A DNA stretch of 64,000 bases from Camelus ferus (lineage: Eukaryota), in the NCBI RefSeq assembly GCF_009834535.1, contig NC_045696.1, positions 86,368,001 through 86,432,000 on the forward strand, in the 5' to 3' direction. The position numbers were made by a program, and so were the translations under genes. The notes under the pieces were generated by a model. The model made no database searches and was not told the DNA's origin. It worked only from the letters and a program-made list of their open reading frames with translations. Positions 51,426 to 64,000 of this stretch are shown here, piece after piece; within the stretch, counting starts at the first letter, position 1; every line of letters starts with the position of its first letter.

Positions 51426-53039
51426 AAAAGTGAATAAATAGAAACCAAAGCTAAGACATCAGTATCTTCACAAGGTGCAAGGGGCTTCACTAATCACCCT
51501 GTGAAAGGAAAATGCAAGTAAATACCAGAATCTTGCAGTACCTAGATCTACATTTATAATATCTTACATATACATATTTGAATAACTGTTTAATTTTTAT
51601 ATATGGGTATATCTATTGTAATAGTTCATTTTAAGTATATTTTGATTTTTTTTTATCTCAGAAATAAGTGTACAGTCCTAAAAAATTTAATCAGGAATTT
51701 TAAGGAGAGGTATCTGAGCAAGGAGAAATCAAAAATATTTACTGTCATGTTTTAGCCTATAGATAGATATTTCATTTTTCAGTTTATGGTAGAAAAAATA
51801 TTTTCACCCAATTGTCTTTAAATACTTTCAAATGAAATTACATTGAATTTTATTATATATATTTCCTAAATTGTATGAATTATTTTCTGCATTTAAAGGA
51901 TTCCTATTTGGGGAAAAAATAAAACAGGCAGATCAAATACATGATTTTTTTTTTGTTAAATATAATTAGAGTCCTTAACTAAAACAGTATTTTTAGGAAC
52001 AAATGTCATACAGCAGTCAATTTACTGAGCCTTATTTCAATTAAGTAAATTACTATATACTGGGCCCTAATGAGTTCATTTAGAACAAAAATTTATTTTT
52101 AAATACAGAGTTTATATTCTTAAACCTGAAACTTTTATCCAAAGTGGAAAGTTACCAAACTTTTTGCAACAGAGATTTAAGGCATTTTGACAAATAACAA
52201 CAGTCCCTAGAAAATATGGTTATACATTTTTTTAAAAAATAACGTTACACTTTCAGATCACTGTGCAAGTATCGGGTACTTCCTTTGCAAGGAATGGTTT
52301 CTGCAGGAAGCTCTCCTTTGTAATAGAATTTCTGAAAACCCTAAGTATTGAAATATACAGGAGACCTTAAAGATAAAGCTTGGTTTTTTCAATATGGAGA
52401 GGAAATTTTACTGTTCAGATGCTAGGTTTAAGAGGAAAGTGTATTAATTAGGGATCCTGGTGAGAGAAACATATGAATCGAGTCACCAAGATCAACATAA
52501 GGTAGTAAGCGAAATAATGCCATAAAAACTAAGTTACAGACACTGTTTCTGAAAAGTCATTATCAGTTACAGAGCCAGTGTATTAAAGTTGTGTGACTAT
52601 TGCTGGCTTTTGGGAATTCGGGTGAAGATAATAAACTGTAGTTAGAGGAAGCACTTTGTTCTAAGAATAACATTTTCCCAACTGCTTATTTTAATATATA
52701 TCTTCTCTTCTTCCTTGGGTGGGGAGGAAGCTCTTTGAGAATTCAGATTGTGTACCATGCTCACAGTGAAATACCTAATTTACTAGAACAAAGACAAAAG
52801 ATGTCTTAAACAGAAATACAGCATTTCTTTTTTGAGCTGTTTTTGTTTAACTGGATGCTCCTACCATTAAAAACTATGACAGTTTCTCATATTTTTAACT
52901 ATGAAAATTTTCAAGTAACGTTTAAGATTATACTGAACTAATTCAGTAAAGTTTTTGCTGTTTTTTGTTTGTCACTCCAAGAAGTTATGGCATGATTTTT
53001 TAAAAAGCTATATTATTAAAAAAATATAGAATTGTTAGG

Positions 53040-53195
53040 GGATGTAGGTTCTTAGGTTCTAATTTGCTATCTGACCTTCTGCAAAAAACTTTGTATTTGT
53101 GGCCCAAGTGTTTTTAATCTTTAAATGGGTATATACATTTTTTATAAAATCTATTTCAAGGGGTTGTTGTAGAAATTAAATCACATTAAAATTCG
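53040..53195 (+). mobile_element. Degraded MIR
   Basis: 'tgaccttctgcaaaa', 'tttttaatctttaaatggg', 'gggttgttgtagaaattaaat'. Confidence 0.5.
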
Positions 53196-53259
53196 GGTGG
53201 TTAAAATGTTTACTTTCTTTACTGCATTTTTTTTTAACATATTTCCAAGTATTACCTGT

Positions 53260-54150
53260 AATCAACCTGTATCTTCTAAAATAATATCTCTGAAATATCT
53301 TCCATGTTATTCCCTCAGACTAACACCTCCATCAAACCTTTGTCCATTCTGCTCCCCAACAATTCTCTGGTGAACACATTTCTCCATTTCAGTCTGTTTT
53401 CCACGTTATTTACAGATTAATCTAAAATAACCATTTAATCGTTATCAAACCTTTGCTTCAAATGTTTTCATGATTCCTTCTTTCATAAAATTAATTGTGA
53501 ACCATTTTTTACAGCAGTCAGACGGTTCAGTATTTCAGTCCAGCTTCTGCTTCACTTAGTGCATCTCATTTTCGTCAACGCCAGGGCATGAAAAGAAAGT
53601 AGTAGTGAGGACACTCATGCTGGGGTGAGCAGGAGGCAACTTGCAGACAAGGGGGTGCTAACCAATCAAACTTTGAGGCTTCCTTGAAGCCTAATGGTAT
53701 CAACATCTCTGTGTACTTGAAACCCAAGGAGGACCTCCTCTTACTCCCTACAGTCCAATGCTTTTGGGCTTTGTAATTTCCAGCTCAGTTCTTCCATTCA
53801 AGCTGTGCTTGCTTAGGAATGTCCTTTGAATTCCCCCAGTATCAAGAGAGATGAGGGAAGGGAAGATGAAACGTTATTTCTCCATGAATCATTTTGAAAA
53901 CTTCCCATTTGGAATTAATCTTCTTTCATCTGTATTTTCTTACCACTTTGTATTATAGAATTTACTACAATATTGTCTTACATTCTGAATTTCCAGTGAC
54001 TTTTATGTTTATTTCCCTCTCTCTCTCATCATGTTAAGAGAAATCTAAAGCCAACACTCATGTTTTATTTATCCTTTGATCTTACATAGTGCCTGGAATT
54101 GTGTCACTTTATGACATAAACTGTATACATTCTGTTCAGTTACTTTGAAG
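53260..54150 (+). mobile_element. Fragmented L2
   Basis: 'tcttctaaaataatatctc', 'ttcagtctgttttccac..cagattaatct', 'tgcttcaaatgttttcatgattcc', 'catgttttatttatc..catagtgcctgg'. Confidence 0.45.
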
Positions 54151-55269
54151 GCAGAATAATAAACATGCTATGGAGAGGTCTGAAGCCGACCTAAGTTTTA
54201 TATATTTGTAGGAAACTACTTTCTGACTTGGCTCTTATACTATTATTTATTTTCCATTTATGTTTAGAAGTTTCACAATAATAAGAATCTTTGTGTTTTT
54301 CATGAATTTTTACTGGAAGGTAGAGAGAAATATTGATTTAAACATATAAGCCATTTTTAGCTTATGAACATTTCTTCCATTAAACTTTGAATTTATTTCT
54401 GCTTGAATGTTAATTATTTATATATTTGAACTTCTTGAATGTTAATTATTTATATATTTCTTGTATCTTAAATCCACATCCTTCATATCAAATTCCCCAA
54501 TGCCACTGCTTATTAGAGTTCTTGGCACCAGTGCTTTCAAACTGTGGAATAAGATGAATGACTTGCATACAATTAAGGCATTTTGAGATTTTTTAAAGAA
54601 AGGGAAGAGACTGAAGGAGATAAAAGTTACCCCTAAAAATATTAAACCTGTTTATGATTGCCCCATTGATTCAGTTTTCTCAGAAAAAGGCAGGAAACAT
54701 GAATTTTAAATGATTCTCCTTTCAAATTATTTAAAATAATGAAATATGCATATTTCTAAAATACCTAACATTAGTCAAGTGAAAACACTTAATGTTTCTA
54801 AAACTGTTCGTTCTACATTACCACAATTTGGCACAGGCGTTTATTGGAAAGTAGAGCAATTTATGGCTCTTAGTACTATTAATAAGTTTCACTAATAGGA
54901 GATTTATTCCACTCTAAATTATTAAGGTATTTATCACTCTTACCATCTATCAACTATCATAGCAGCTAACTTGAAATGAATTGGCTTGTCTCTACTTTGT
55001 TACTAGAAGCTAGAAAAGCACAGTATCAACAATATTACTGTTACTAAAACCCTTACTGGCAGTATCAGCAGGGCGAGTCCAAAGAGGCCAGAGGACTCTA
55101 CAATAACTCACTCCAAGAGAAACTGCTCTGTAGATCATGCAGGCACGTAGACAAATACTAAGTTAGGATGCTGCTATGGCTCATAGCAAAATCTGGTGTA
55201 CTTATAATTATCTGTCAGTTTAACATGATGTGTTAATAATGCATTCCTAAAGATAATCAAAAACATAGA

Positions 55270-55700
55270 GTATATCAGTTACCTATTGCTGCACAACAAA
55301 CCACCTCCAGAATTTACTGGATTAAAATAAGAACATTTAACTTGCTGTGATTTTGTGGGTCAGAAATTTGATTTGGACTTAGCTGAGCAGTTCTTCTGCT
55401 GGTAGCGTCTGACTGGGGATACTCATACAGCTGCTGTCAGTCTGTTGGTCAGGGGGTCAGTGGTCTAAGGGACCTCAGTAGGACCACCTTTCTATGCTCC
55501 ACAAATCCCAACTTCCACTAGGCAGTTGAGGTTTCCCCAAATGGAGCTGAGAGAACCACAAAGGTTTAATCTCAATGCAGAAATGATACTGTCTCATTGG
55601 CCAAAGCGAGTTACGTGTCCAAGCCACAGTCAGTGGTGTAAGGGGCTATATAATTGCATGGACACAGGGAAATGTGATTTGTTAGCAATTACTACCTATG
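55270..55700 (-). mobile_element. MLT1 (H/I-like) solo LTR
   Basis: 'tatatcagttacctattgctgcacaacaaaccac', 'gattttgtgggtcagaaatt', 'agctgagcagttcttctgctgg', 'attggccaaagcgagttac', 'gcatggacacaggga'. Confidence 0.8.
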
Positions 55701-56196
55701 GTACTAAGTCATTAGTGAACTTTGGGCACACCTTACATTCTAATTATTTTAGATAGAATCTTTTTTAAAAATCACTTACACTGACATCATTACAGATTAT
55801 TTGTCAGGTGCAAACTTTAAAAAAAAGCATTTATATGCATATTTTAAAAATTGCATTCTGCAGATTTCTTTAGCAAAATAGCCTTTAAATAGACAAGACA
55901 GTCATAGAATCACATATCACAATTTAATCACAATCACTTGGCATTTATTGCAGAAGACAGTAAAGATCAGGTACGTACGTTTGCAAGTAACTCTGTCTCA
56001 AAAACTACTGCATTAACTTTCGTTAAGCTTTGCCAAACTTTAAAAACAGTTATTTAAGAAATGATCTCAAAATTAAGTTCATAATTAATTTTTCTTTGGG
56101 ACTAAAGCAAGTTATCAAAATGTTAGGTAAAAATTACTAAATACCTGATATCTGATTAAAAATGAATGTTTTTGAAGTTTTAAAGAAATATTACTT

Positions 56197-56337
56197 AGGT
56201 AGACTTGGCAGATAAAATACAGGATTAAAATTGAATTTCAGATAAATAATGAATAATTTTTTTAGTATTAGATTTTCCTCAAAACTATAAAATTAACTGA
56301 GTATCCTGTATTTTTATCTGCTAAATCTGGTAACCCT
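56197..56337. mobile_element. MER53 palindromic DNA transposon with central deletion
   Basis: Inverted arms ttggcagataaaatacaggat and atcctgtatttttatctgctaa, internal 'aaattgaatttcagataaa.aatgaataattttt', terminus 'aaatctggtaaccct'. Confidence 0.85.
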
Positions 56338-56728
56338 TACCTCAAGACTTTAATTTTAAAACGTTTCATTCATCACCCTCTAAAGAGATGATATAATGGA
56401 AAGCTATTAGGTGTACTTGGTAAACGGGATCCAGCCATGAGAAAATCAAATATCCCTTGTGTTCTAGAACTACATTAATTGTATTTTGACAGGGCATGAG
56501 ACTACAAGGCAGACATGTATGTAAATGAGATGCTTGTTGAATAAATATTTTTCTAGGCAGGGCTGATGTGTTCATACCACAAATGATTTTATCCATAACT
56601 AGAAGTAAATCTTCTAAATGCCTCCTATCTACTGATAACATTTAACATATCTATGGTTATGAAAAGCATACAGAAAATTTGTAATACTGTCTTACTTTAA
56701 AATGCAAATTTACTTGAGATATTAAAGT

Positions 56729-57068
56729 CTTTTTTTAACATTTTTTATTGATTTATAATCATTTTACAATGTTGTGTCAAATTCCAGTGTAGAGCACAAT
56801 TTTTCAGTTATATATGAACATATATATATTCATTGTCACATTTTTTTCTCTGTGAGCTACCATAAGATCTTGTATATATTTCCCTGTCCTATACAGTATA
56901 ATCTTGTTTATCTATTCTACAATTTTGAAATCCCAATCTATATCTTCCCACCCCTGCCCCCTCGGCAACCACAAGTTTGTATTCTCTGTCTGTGAGTCTA
57001 TTTCTGTTTTGTATTTATGCTTTGTTTGGTTGGGTTTTTTTTTTAGATTCCACATATGAGCGATCTCA
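56729..57068 (-). mobile_element. Young camelid-type L1 3' end
   Basis: 'ttttttaacattttttattgatttataatcattttacaatgttgtgtcaaattccagtgtagagcacaa..ggcaaccacaagtttgtattct..tagattccacatatgagcgatctca'. Confidence 0.9.
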
Positions 57069-57641
57069 ATAATCAACTCACGTATCTGTCCAAAAAATGG
57101 AGTGTTTGAAGTTAAAATGGTATCATAAAATATGATTTTTTTAGGAATATGAAAACTTCCTCTAGTAGATGAATGACCAAAGGAGACAGGAAAGGAAATA
57201 AAAGATTAAGTCTATCTCATCAATCAAATTGTAACAGAAAGCTGTAAGTGTTTAAAACACCAGTCCCCAAATCTCTCTCCCTCTCTTTCTGTTTCCACGC
57301 CATATATACATACACTAGAATATACAATATATTAAACATATATCATCTATACATTATTAAAATACTAGGAGTATAATGCAGAGTAATCCCTTAAGATGAG
57401 TAGCAACAAGGAAAAATTTATGTAGGTATATTGATGATTTTTTCTTATGATACAAGAGTTACATTTAGATAATAAGCTTATATTAACTTATATAATTGAC
57501 CTAGAATACCCTGAGATAATAAAGTGAGATAACTTGCAGTGCACTTTTCCTCAGGTCTATCTCACAGATTCAGAAAAGTGCTTCTCAATGAATTTGAAAT
57601 ATTTCCTAGACTCCTCAACTAAAATAAAATTTTTTGAAATG

Positions 57642-58037
57642 TGTATTTATTAGTCAGCTCAGGCTATCATGACAAAGTATCATAAAATGGGTGGCTTAAG
57701 CAACAGAAATTTATTTTCTCACAGTTCTTTAGGCTAAAAGTCTACGATCAGGGTGCTAGTATCGTCAGGTTTGGTACAAGCTCTCCTCCTGGCTTGTAGG
57801 TGGCCAGCTTCTTCTTGTGCCCTCACATGCAGAGGGAGAGCAAGATCTCATGTGTCTCTCCCCTGGTATTTCTACTTATAAAGGCACTGATCCCATCAGA
57901 TCAGGATCTCCCACTGTCATAACCTCATCTAACCCTAATTACCTCCCCAAAGCCCCATCTCTAAATACCATCACACTGGAGATTAGGACTTCAACCTATG
58001 AGTTTTGGAGAGACTGTAAAAATTCAATCTACAATAA
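57642..58037 (-). mobile_element. MLT1A/A0 solo LTR
   Basis: 'gggtggcttaagcaacagaaatttattttctcacagttct', 'cttataaaggcactgatcccat', 'acctcatctaaccctaattacctcccc aaagccccatctctaaataccatcaca'. Confidence 0.9.
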
Positions 58038-58944
58038 AATGCTACTTCTTCCAGAATCCTATTTTTTTTAAAGCATATATCTTATTTCATTCATATTCTT
58101 ACAATCTCTTAAGTATTCCATGTACATACTACATTGCACAATAAATGCTGGATTTACCTTATTAAATTAGGTTTTTGTCCTTCAATTTTATCCTTAAAGG
58201 AGAAAAGAATTAGATGCGGTAGAATTTGGATGGTTAGAGCTGTAGGCTTATTTCTAAAGTGAACAACCTCAACGAAAAGAAAGCAATTCTTTCCATATAC
58301 CCTCAAGAAAAATAGTTGAGATACAGTAGTTCAGTTTAGGCTATGTGTCTGAACTTGAACTAATCTTTTTGTCTATGGGAGGATTGTGCACTGGTTGTTG
58401 AGGACTAGGTGACATGTCTACTCTTGGCACAAAAAGATGAAGTACCTAATTTCCACCTAAAACAAATGGGAGACAACTATCCTGTTCACAGAAGAAAGCA
58501 ATAGTTTGAGTGGTTAGAACAGAGACCTCCCATACGTGGGGTGATATCATGTATTTATGTAATCACCTTAAATTTTCCAAAACTTATAAAATTATTTAAT
58601 TCTCTAATAATTACTCTTTTCTCTCAATTAAAAAAATTAGCTCATTATATAATATTTTATGTTGACTTTTTAACCTTTATTAATTCCTTACTTTAAAATG
58701 TATTTATGGTGACAAATAGAAAACTCAGTGGACAAAATGACGATGTAAAGATCAAAATTGTCAGAAAACAGGAAAAAAAAGAATTCTTATATGTCATTTG
58801 ATTCACAGCATCACAGTAACATGTCAAAAATTAAAATAAAACCACCCACATAGGTACTCTTAGTCAAGAATATAGAGTATTTATTTATCTGGTACTTGAA
58901 GACTCAAGCAGAAAGTATCCTGTGAGGTCCATATTACAATTATT

Positions 58945-59110
58945 TCCAGCTTTTGGAACTGGAAATGTAAGTTTCTAAGTCTTGTCTCTGCCACTAGCAA
59001 ATTGTATCAATTTAATAAGGATATAAATCCTTTTATATATGAAATCCTTATCTGAAAAGGAAAGAATTTTAATCTAGTAATCTGAGTTCTCCTTTCCAGG
59101 GCTAACATGT
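58945..59110 (+). mobile_element. Degraded MIR/MIR3
   Basis: 'cttttggaactggaa..ttctaagtcttgtctctgccactagc', 'ccttatctgaaaa', 'taatctgagttctcctttccag'. Confidence 0.45.
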
Positions 59111-59935
59111 AATTTCAATTCTGGTTCTACCAACCAATCTCATTGGTGGGATAAGAAATTCCTTACAAACATGACACCAGCAAGAATTGAGATGGTAAAG
59201 ATTAAGCAACTGTTCATTACATGCTAAGCATATTCATATGTGATTATTATTATTGAGGTTATGGTTATAAAGTTATGTTTGTTTCTTCCTACCCTTCTCC
59301 TCAATGAAATGAGTACAAGTCATGGTTTTCAGTGCTAAAATAAGTTTGATTAGAAACTCATCACACCATAGTAAATAGTTGTACTAAAATCCTTTCATTC
59401 TCTTTATTTCTGTATCTTTAACAGGAGACAAAAATAATGAAACCCATTTTCATAATTGGACTACCCCATTAGGTACCTGGACATCTGCCAAGTTAGTTTT
59501 GAAACATTTAGATATGAAGATGAAAAAGGATAGCCAAGTCCTTTGAAAATCTACACAAAGACTTAGCCATATAGTCACTGCCTCACTTAGAAATCTTCTG
59601 ATGTAAACATCTACATGGTGATGATCACCATCCACTCCACATACCTATGGTCATTATATGACATTAAGATGGTAGGTAACAAGCAAACTAAAGCTAACAG
59701 AAATTGAAAGATTGAATTGCTTTCCTGTTTAGGTAAATAATAATAATATATAAAATATATTTTTACTTATAATATATGTGAGCCACAAAGTATAGAGATA
59801 GAAGTTCTTAATTGTTAGTCTGTGCATATTCTGTCACTTAAATTATTTAGAAGATACTATAGAATCTGTCTAGATTCAAATCTTGACTCATTATTCAAAT
59901 CATCATTTTTATCAGTGGTAGTGATAGCACGACCG

Positions 59936-59967
59936 CCATTATCATCATCATTATCATCATCATCACT
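59936..59967 (+). repeat. Imperfect (ATC)n microsatellite
   Basis: Read directly. It produces the poly-Ser run in ORF 59822..60013. Confidence 0.85.
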
Positions 59968-59999
59968 TTCCATTTTAACTACAAGGGATGAATTATTAT

Positions 60000-60160
60000 G
60001 CCACAGTGTTTGAGAGCATATGTTCGTGGATCAGAGGACTTTGTTACCATTTCTGACACTCCTATTTAACATCTTGTGATGCTGGCAAAATTACCAAATC
60101 TCTCTGAGCCTCAGCTTCGTCCTGAGGAAAACAGTTTTAATAATCAGCATACATTTCACT
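60000..60160 (+). mobile_element. MIR SINE fragment
   Basis: 'tgtgatgctggcaaaattaccaaatctctctgagcctcagcttc..ctgaggaaaa..taataat'. Confidence 0.6.
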
Positions 60161-60166
60161 CAGGAT

Positions 60167-61188
60167 CAGGGACATGATTTGTGAGGTTCATGCAAAATGA
60201 AAATGCAGAGTCCCTTGCTCCAAAACAGGAGAAAAGGGCTGTTATAGGTACTAAAAATGAGGTCATTTTCTTTCTTTTGTAGTCTTTTTTTCCTCCATTT
60301 AGCCACAGTGTTTTTTTATTTGGTATTCATGTTTTTCAAAGTGAAGAAAAATTAAAAACTTAAATTATTAGCATGAAATTTATCTCTATATATTGCAATG
60401 CAGCTTTCAAATGCAAATATCTGAGCATTTAACATTTATGTGGAATCATCAAAATTACACAATCTGTATTTCTTTGTTCTTCTGTAGAGTGTGCCCTGAG
60501 CTGACCAAAACAGACTAATACATGACAGATTCAGAAAGTTTGAAAAGAGAGATAGAATGTCCTCCTATGCACTGACAGGGTCTGAGGAAAAGCCCTCTGA
60601 AGCACAGGATACTTATGAAAAATTCTCTAACCTGGGAGTAGGCATGCGGAGGCGAGGTGCACACATACATGTTCTGGCTTGAAGAATGCTACATTCATTT
60701 CCTGCCAATCACTGAACTGATAAGCCTTGACCCTATCAAAGAGGGGAAGGGAGACAGTCATCTCTTTCTACAGGCCAGATGCAGGAACATACAACAGGTG
60801 ACTGACCCTCAAGGATACTGCAGCCTCTGCCCTGGAACATGCTATGTACCTAGGTACCTGGGCCAGAAACTGCCAGCCCGAGAGAGAACTACTGCCACCA
60901 TGCCCCTCCTCCAGACTCTGTGAGGTGTATGAGCCCAATCCTCACCCTCCCAGAGCCTGAGCCCAGGCTGAAGACCATAAGAATCACTCTCTGGGTAGGG
61001 CTTTGGGACTGGAAAGCTGGGTAGTCCTGTGACACTAGAAAGTGAGGGAATGGGCAGCTGAGGATCCCTCCTACAGAGATCAGAGGCTATGGAAAAGGGT
61101 CCACACATTACCCTAAGTTCTGATATCCCATCCCATGTTGCACTGTTCCATCAGAACTTACTTAAGATATACAAATTCAAAAATAAAA
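60167..61188 (+). mobile_element. Long MER45-family (MER45B/R-like) hAT-Tip100 element, 3' end cut by L1
   Basis: 5' part 'cagggacatgatttgtgagg..tgcaaaatgaaaatgcag..cccttg.tccaaaa..aggtactaaaa'. Distal part 'ccatcagaacttactta..acaaattcaaaaataaaat'. Confidence 0.7.
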
Positions 61189-63412
61189 TCAATACTAATC
61201 ATTGTGATATAGTACATTAACAAAAGGAAGAATAAAAAAATCACACGATCTTCTCAATAAAAGCAGAAAAAGCATTTTACAAAATTCAACATCCTTTCAT
61301 AATACAATATCCTCAACAAACTGGGCATAGAAGGAATTTGTCTCAATATAATAAAGTCCATATATAAAAAACCCACAGCTAATAACATACTCAATGGTGC
61401 TAAACTGAAAGCTTTTCCTCTAAAATTAACAGAAGGCAAAGATGCCCACTCTCACCACTTCTATTCACTGTAATTTTGGAAGTCCTAGCCAAAACAATTA
61501 GGCAAAGAAAGAAAGAAAGGGCTTGTAAAGGAAGAAGTAAAATTACCTCTGCTTGCACATGATGTGGTTTTACATGCAGAAAATCCTAAAGACTCCATGA
61601 GAAAACTGTTAGAAATAATAAATTCCATAAATTTGCAGGATACAAAACATACGAAAATCAGTTCCATTTCTGTACACAATGAATTATCTCAAAAAGACTG
61701 TTCTTAATTAAAAAAAAGATTTCATTTACACAGAATCAGAAAGAATAAAATATTTAGGAATAAACTTAACCAACTAGGTGAAAGACTTACACACTGATGA
61801 AAAGACATCCCATGCTCATGGACTGAAAGACTTAATATTGTTAAAATACATATACTACCCAAAGTAATCTACAGATTCAGTGTACTCTTTATCAAAATCC
61901 CAATGGTATTTTCTACGGAAATAGAAAAAATAATCCTCAAGTTCATATGGAGCTACAAGAAACTCAGAATAGCCAAAGTAATCTTGAGAAAAAAGAACAA
62001 AGATGAAGGCATCACACCTCCTGATTTTAAAACATAAAGACAGAGTAATCAAAACAGTATGATACTGGTATAAAAACAGACATATATACCAGTGAAACAG
62101 AAAAGAGAGGCCAGAAATAAAGTCACATATTTATGGTCAACTGATCTTTGACAAGGGTACTAACAATCCACAATGGGAAACACTGGTGATGGGAAAGCTG
62201 GATATCCATATGCAAAAGAATGAAACCTGGACCCTTACGCCATAAACAAAATCAACTCAAAATGGATTAGAAATTTAAACATAAGACCCCAAACTGTAAA
62301 ACTCTTAGAAGAAAACTTAGGGGAAAAGCTTCAGGATATTGGTCTGGGCAATGATTTCTTAGATATGACACCCAAAGCACAAGTAACAAAAGCAAAATTA
62401 GACAAATGAAACTGCATCAAAGTAAAAATCTGCAGAGTGGGAAGAAAATCATCAGCAGAGTACAAAGGCAACCTACAGAACAGAAGAAAATATTTGCAAA
62501 TCATATATCTGATAAGGGATTAATAAGCAAAATATACAAATAACTCCTATAACCATAAATAAATAAATAATGACTTAATCAAAAATTGGGTAAAGGACCT
62601 GAAAAGGTGTTTCTCCAAAGAAATACATACAAACGGCCAACAGGTATATGAAAAGATGCTCAACATCACTAATTAGGGAAATAAAAATCAAGCTACAATG
62701 AGATAATCACCTCACAGTTGTTAGGATGGCTATTATCAAACAAAAGATAATAAGTGTTGATGAGGATGTGGAGAAAATGGAACCCTTGTACACTGCTGTA
62801 GGAAATGTAAAATGATTCAGTCACTATGGGAAACAGTGTGGAGGTTACTTAAAAATTTAAAAATAGAATTACCATATCATCCAGAGATCTCACTTCTGGG
62901 TATCTATCTAAAGTAATTGAAATTAGTATGTTGAAGAGATATCTGCACTATCATGTTAATTGCAGCATTATTTACAATAGCCAAGAGATGAAAACACAAC
63001 CTAAATGTCCACTGATGGATGAATGGATGGTAAAAATATGGTCTTTACATATAATGAAATACTATTCAGCCTTAAAAAAGACGAAAATCCTATCATATAC
63101 TACTAATGGATTTTTGAGGACATTATGCTAAAATGAAAGAAGCCAATCACAGAAGGACAAATACTGTACAATTACACTTAAAAGAGGTGTCCAAAAGAGT
63201 CAAATTCAGAAACAGAGTAGAACGGTGGTTGCCAGGGGTTATGGGAAGGAGGAAGTAAGGAGTTGCTGTTTAACAGATATGAAGTTTCAGTTGTACAAGC
63301 TAAGTTCTAGAGATCTTTTGTACAGTGTTATGGTGTACAATCTTGTGTACTGTGCACTTAAAAATGGAAGAGGGTATATATCTCCTGCTAAGTGTTCTTA
63401 CCACATTTTTAA
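61189..63412 (+). mobile_element. L1MA10/L1MB1-like L1: ORF2 RT and C-terminus plus 3' UTR, dead
   Basis: At about 61531 it reads [22 protein letters not shown], a degenerate form of the RT motif LFADDMI. The 3' UTR ends 'gagggtatatatctcctgctaagtgttcttaccaca'. Multiple frameshifts. Confidence 0.92.
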
Positions 63413-63519
63413 ACACATATTTGTGACAGATAAAGTGAAGTCTGATGGCTATAAATTTTTATTTGCTTTCGTTTTTTAAGTATTTTTAAATTGGAAGGCA
63501 GGGGGCACATTCTGAAGTG

Positions 63520-63900
63520 AAATTGGAAGTTTTTGTAAGGTTCAGACCATGCTGGCATTATGTGCCCTGCTAAAGAATTTACAATGATTCCTGTATGAAA
63601 TTAGGTGACAGTAAAGATTTTACTTGTAGGGGTAATTTTGAATATTAGGAAATAAATTGCTTGACAGTGGTAGTGAGTGTGTTGGAGACTTGGAAAGGAT
63701 ATGAGCTTACAGAACATTTGAAGGTAGTTGTAGTAACTTAAGTGCAAAATCTCAGGCACATAATTTTAAACAGTATGGCAAGAAATAGAGCTAAGGGAGG
63801 GAGACTTGTTTTTTAATTAAGTTGTTGGTGTGCCTTGATGATTGATTAGAAAAGAAAGGCATATTTTACAGCAACAATCCTGTTTGAGTAACTCTACAAA
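63520..63900 (-). mobile_element. Degraded L2
   Basis: 'tgccctgctaaagaattta', 'aaagatttta..gtaggggg', 'gtagttgtagtaact' are antisense L2c/d-type motifs. Confidence 0.4.
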
Positions 63901-64000
63901 ATGCTGGTGTCATTTACTGAAGCAGGCAACTACAGAAAATGTTTTTTATCTGGGAGAGAGAATGATGAAACAGGTTTTGTTCTGTTTGGGGCATGTTAAT

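Noticed and set aside
56197..56337. miR-1302-type hairpin from MER53
   Set aside because: The central MER53 segment that supplies the mature miR-1302-like sequence (ttgggacatacttat...) is deleted in this copy.
60657..61108. 88-aa ORFs in a GC-rich stretch
   Set aside because: They lie inside the MER45-family element, whose interior explains the composition.
1..64000. Protein-coding genes from the ORF track, or a novel multi-gene system
   Set aside because: All ORFs are 137 aa or shorter and none resembles a cellular protein I recognise. Many fall inside TEs or simple repeats. I see no consistent exon chain, CpG-island promoter, operon or repeat-spacer array.

Overview
This is AT-rich mammalian non-coding DNA, either intergenic or deep in a large intron. 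It is not microbial. Short tRNA-derived SINEs (GGGGA.GGTA.AGCTCAGTGGTAGAG...GCTTAGCATGCA.GAGGTC.TGGGTTCAAT.CCCAGTACC) and the style of the L1 3' UTRs point to a cetartiodactyl, most likely a camelid. I can support no protein-coding gene, functional RNA gene or CRISPR array. The ORF-track entries are short chance ORFs or sense/antisense readings of dead L1 and ERV sequence. A large part of the window is decayed transposable elements: L1s of several ages (some with target-site duplications, TSDs), L2, MIR, MaLR/ERVL/ERV1 LTRs and internal regions, and hAT DNA transposons. I found no new multi-gene biological system. The most interesting signals are retrotransposition mechanisms: an LTR-like fragment polyadenylated right after AATAAA, a tiny twin-primed (5'-inverted) L1, a tail-less L1 with a 20-21 bp TSD, and a near-complete MaLR provirus clipped by an L1. 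There are also a few candidate enhancer motif clusters in repeat-poor DNA. Repeat family names come from my recall of consensus sequences, boundaries are approximate, and both need RepeatMasker/Dfam confirmation.
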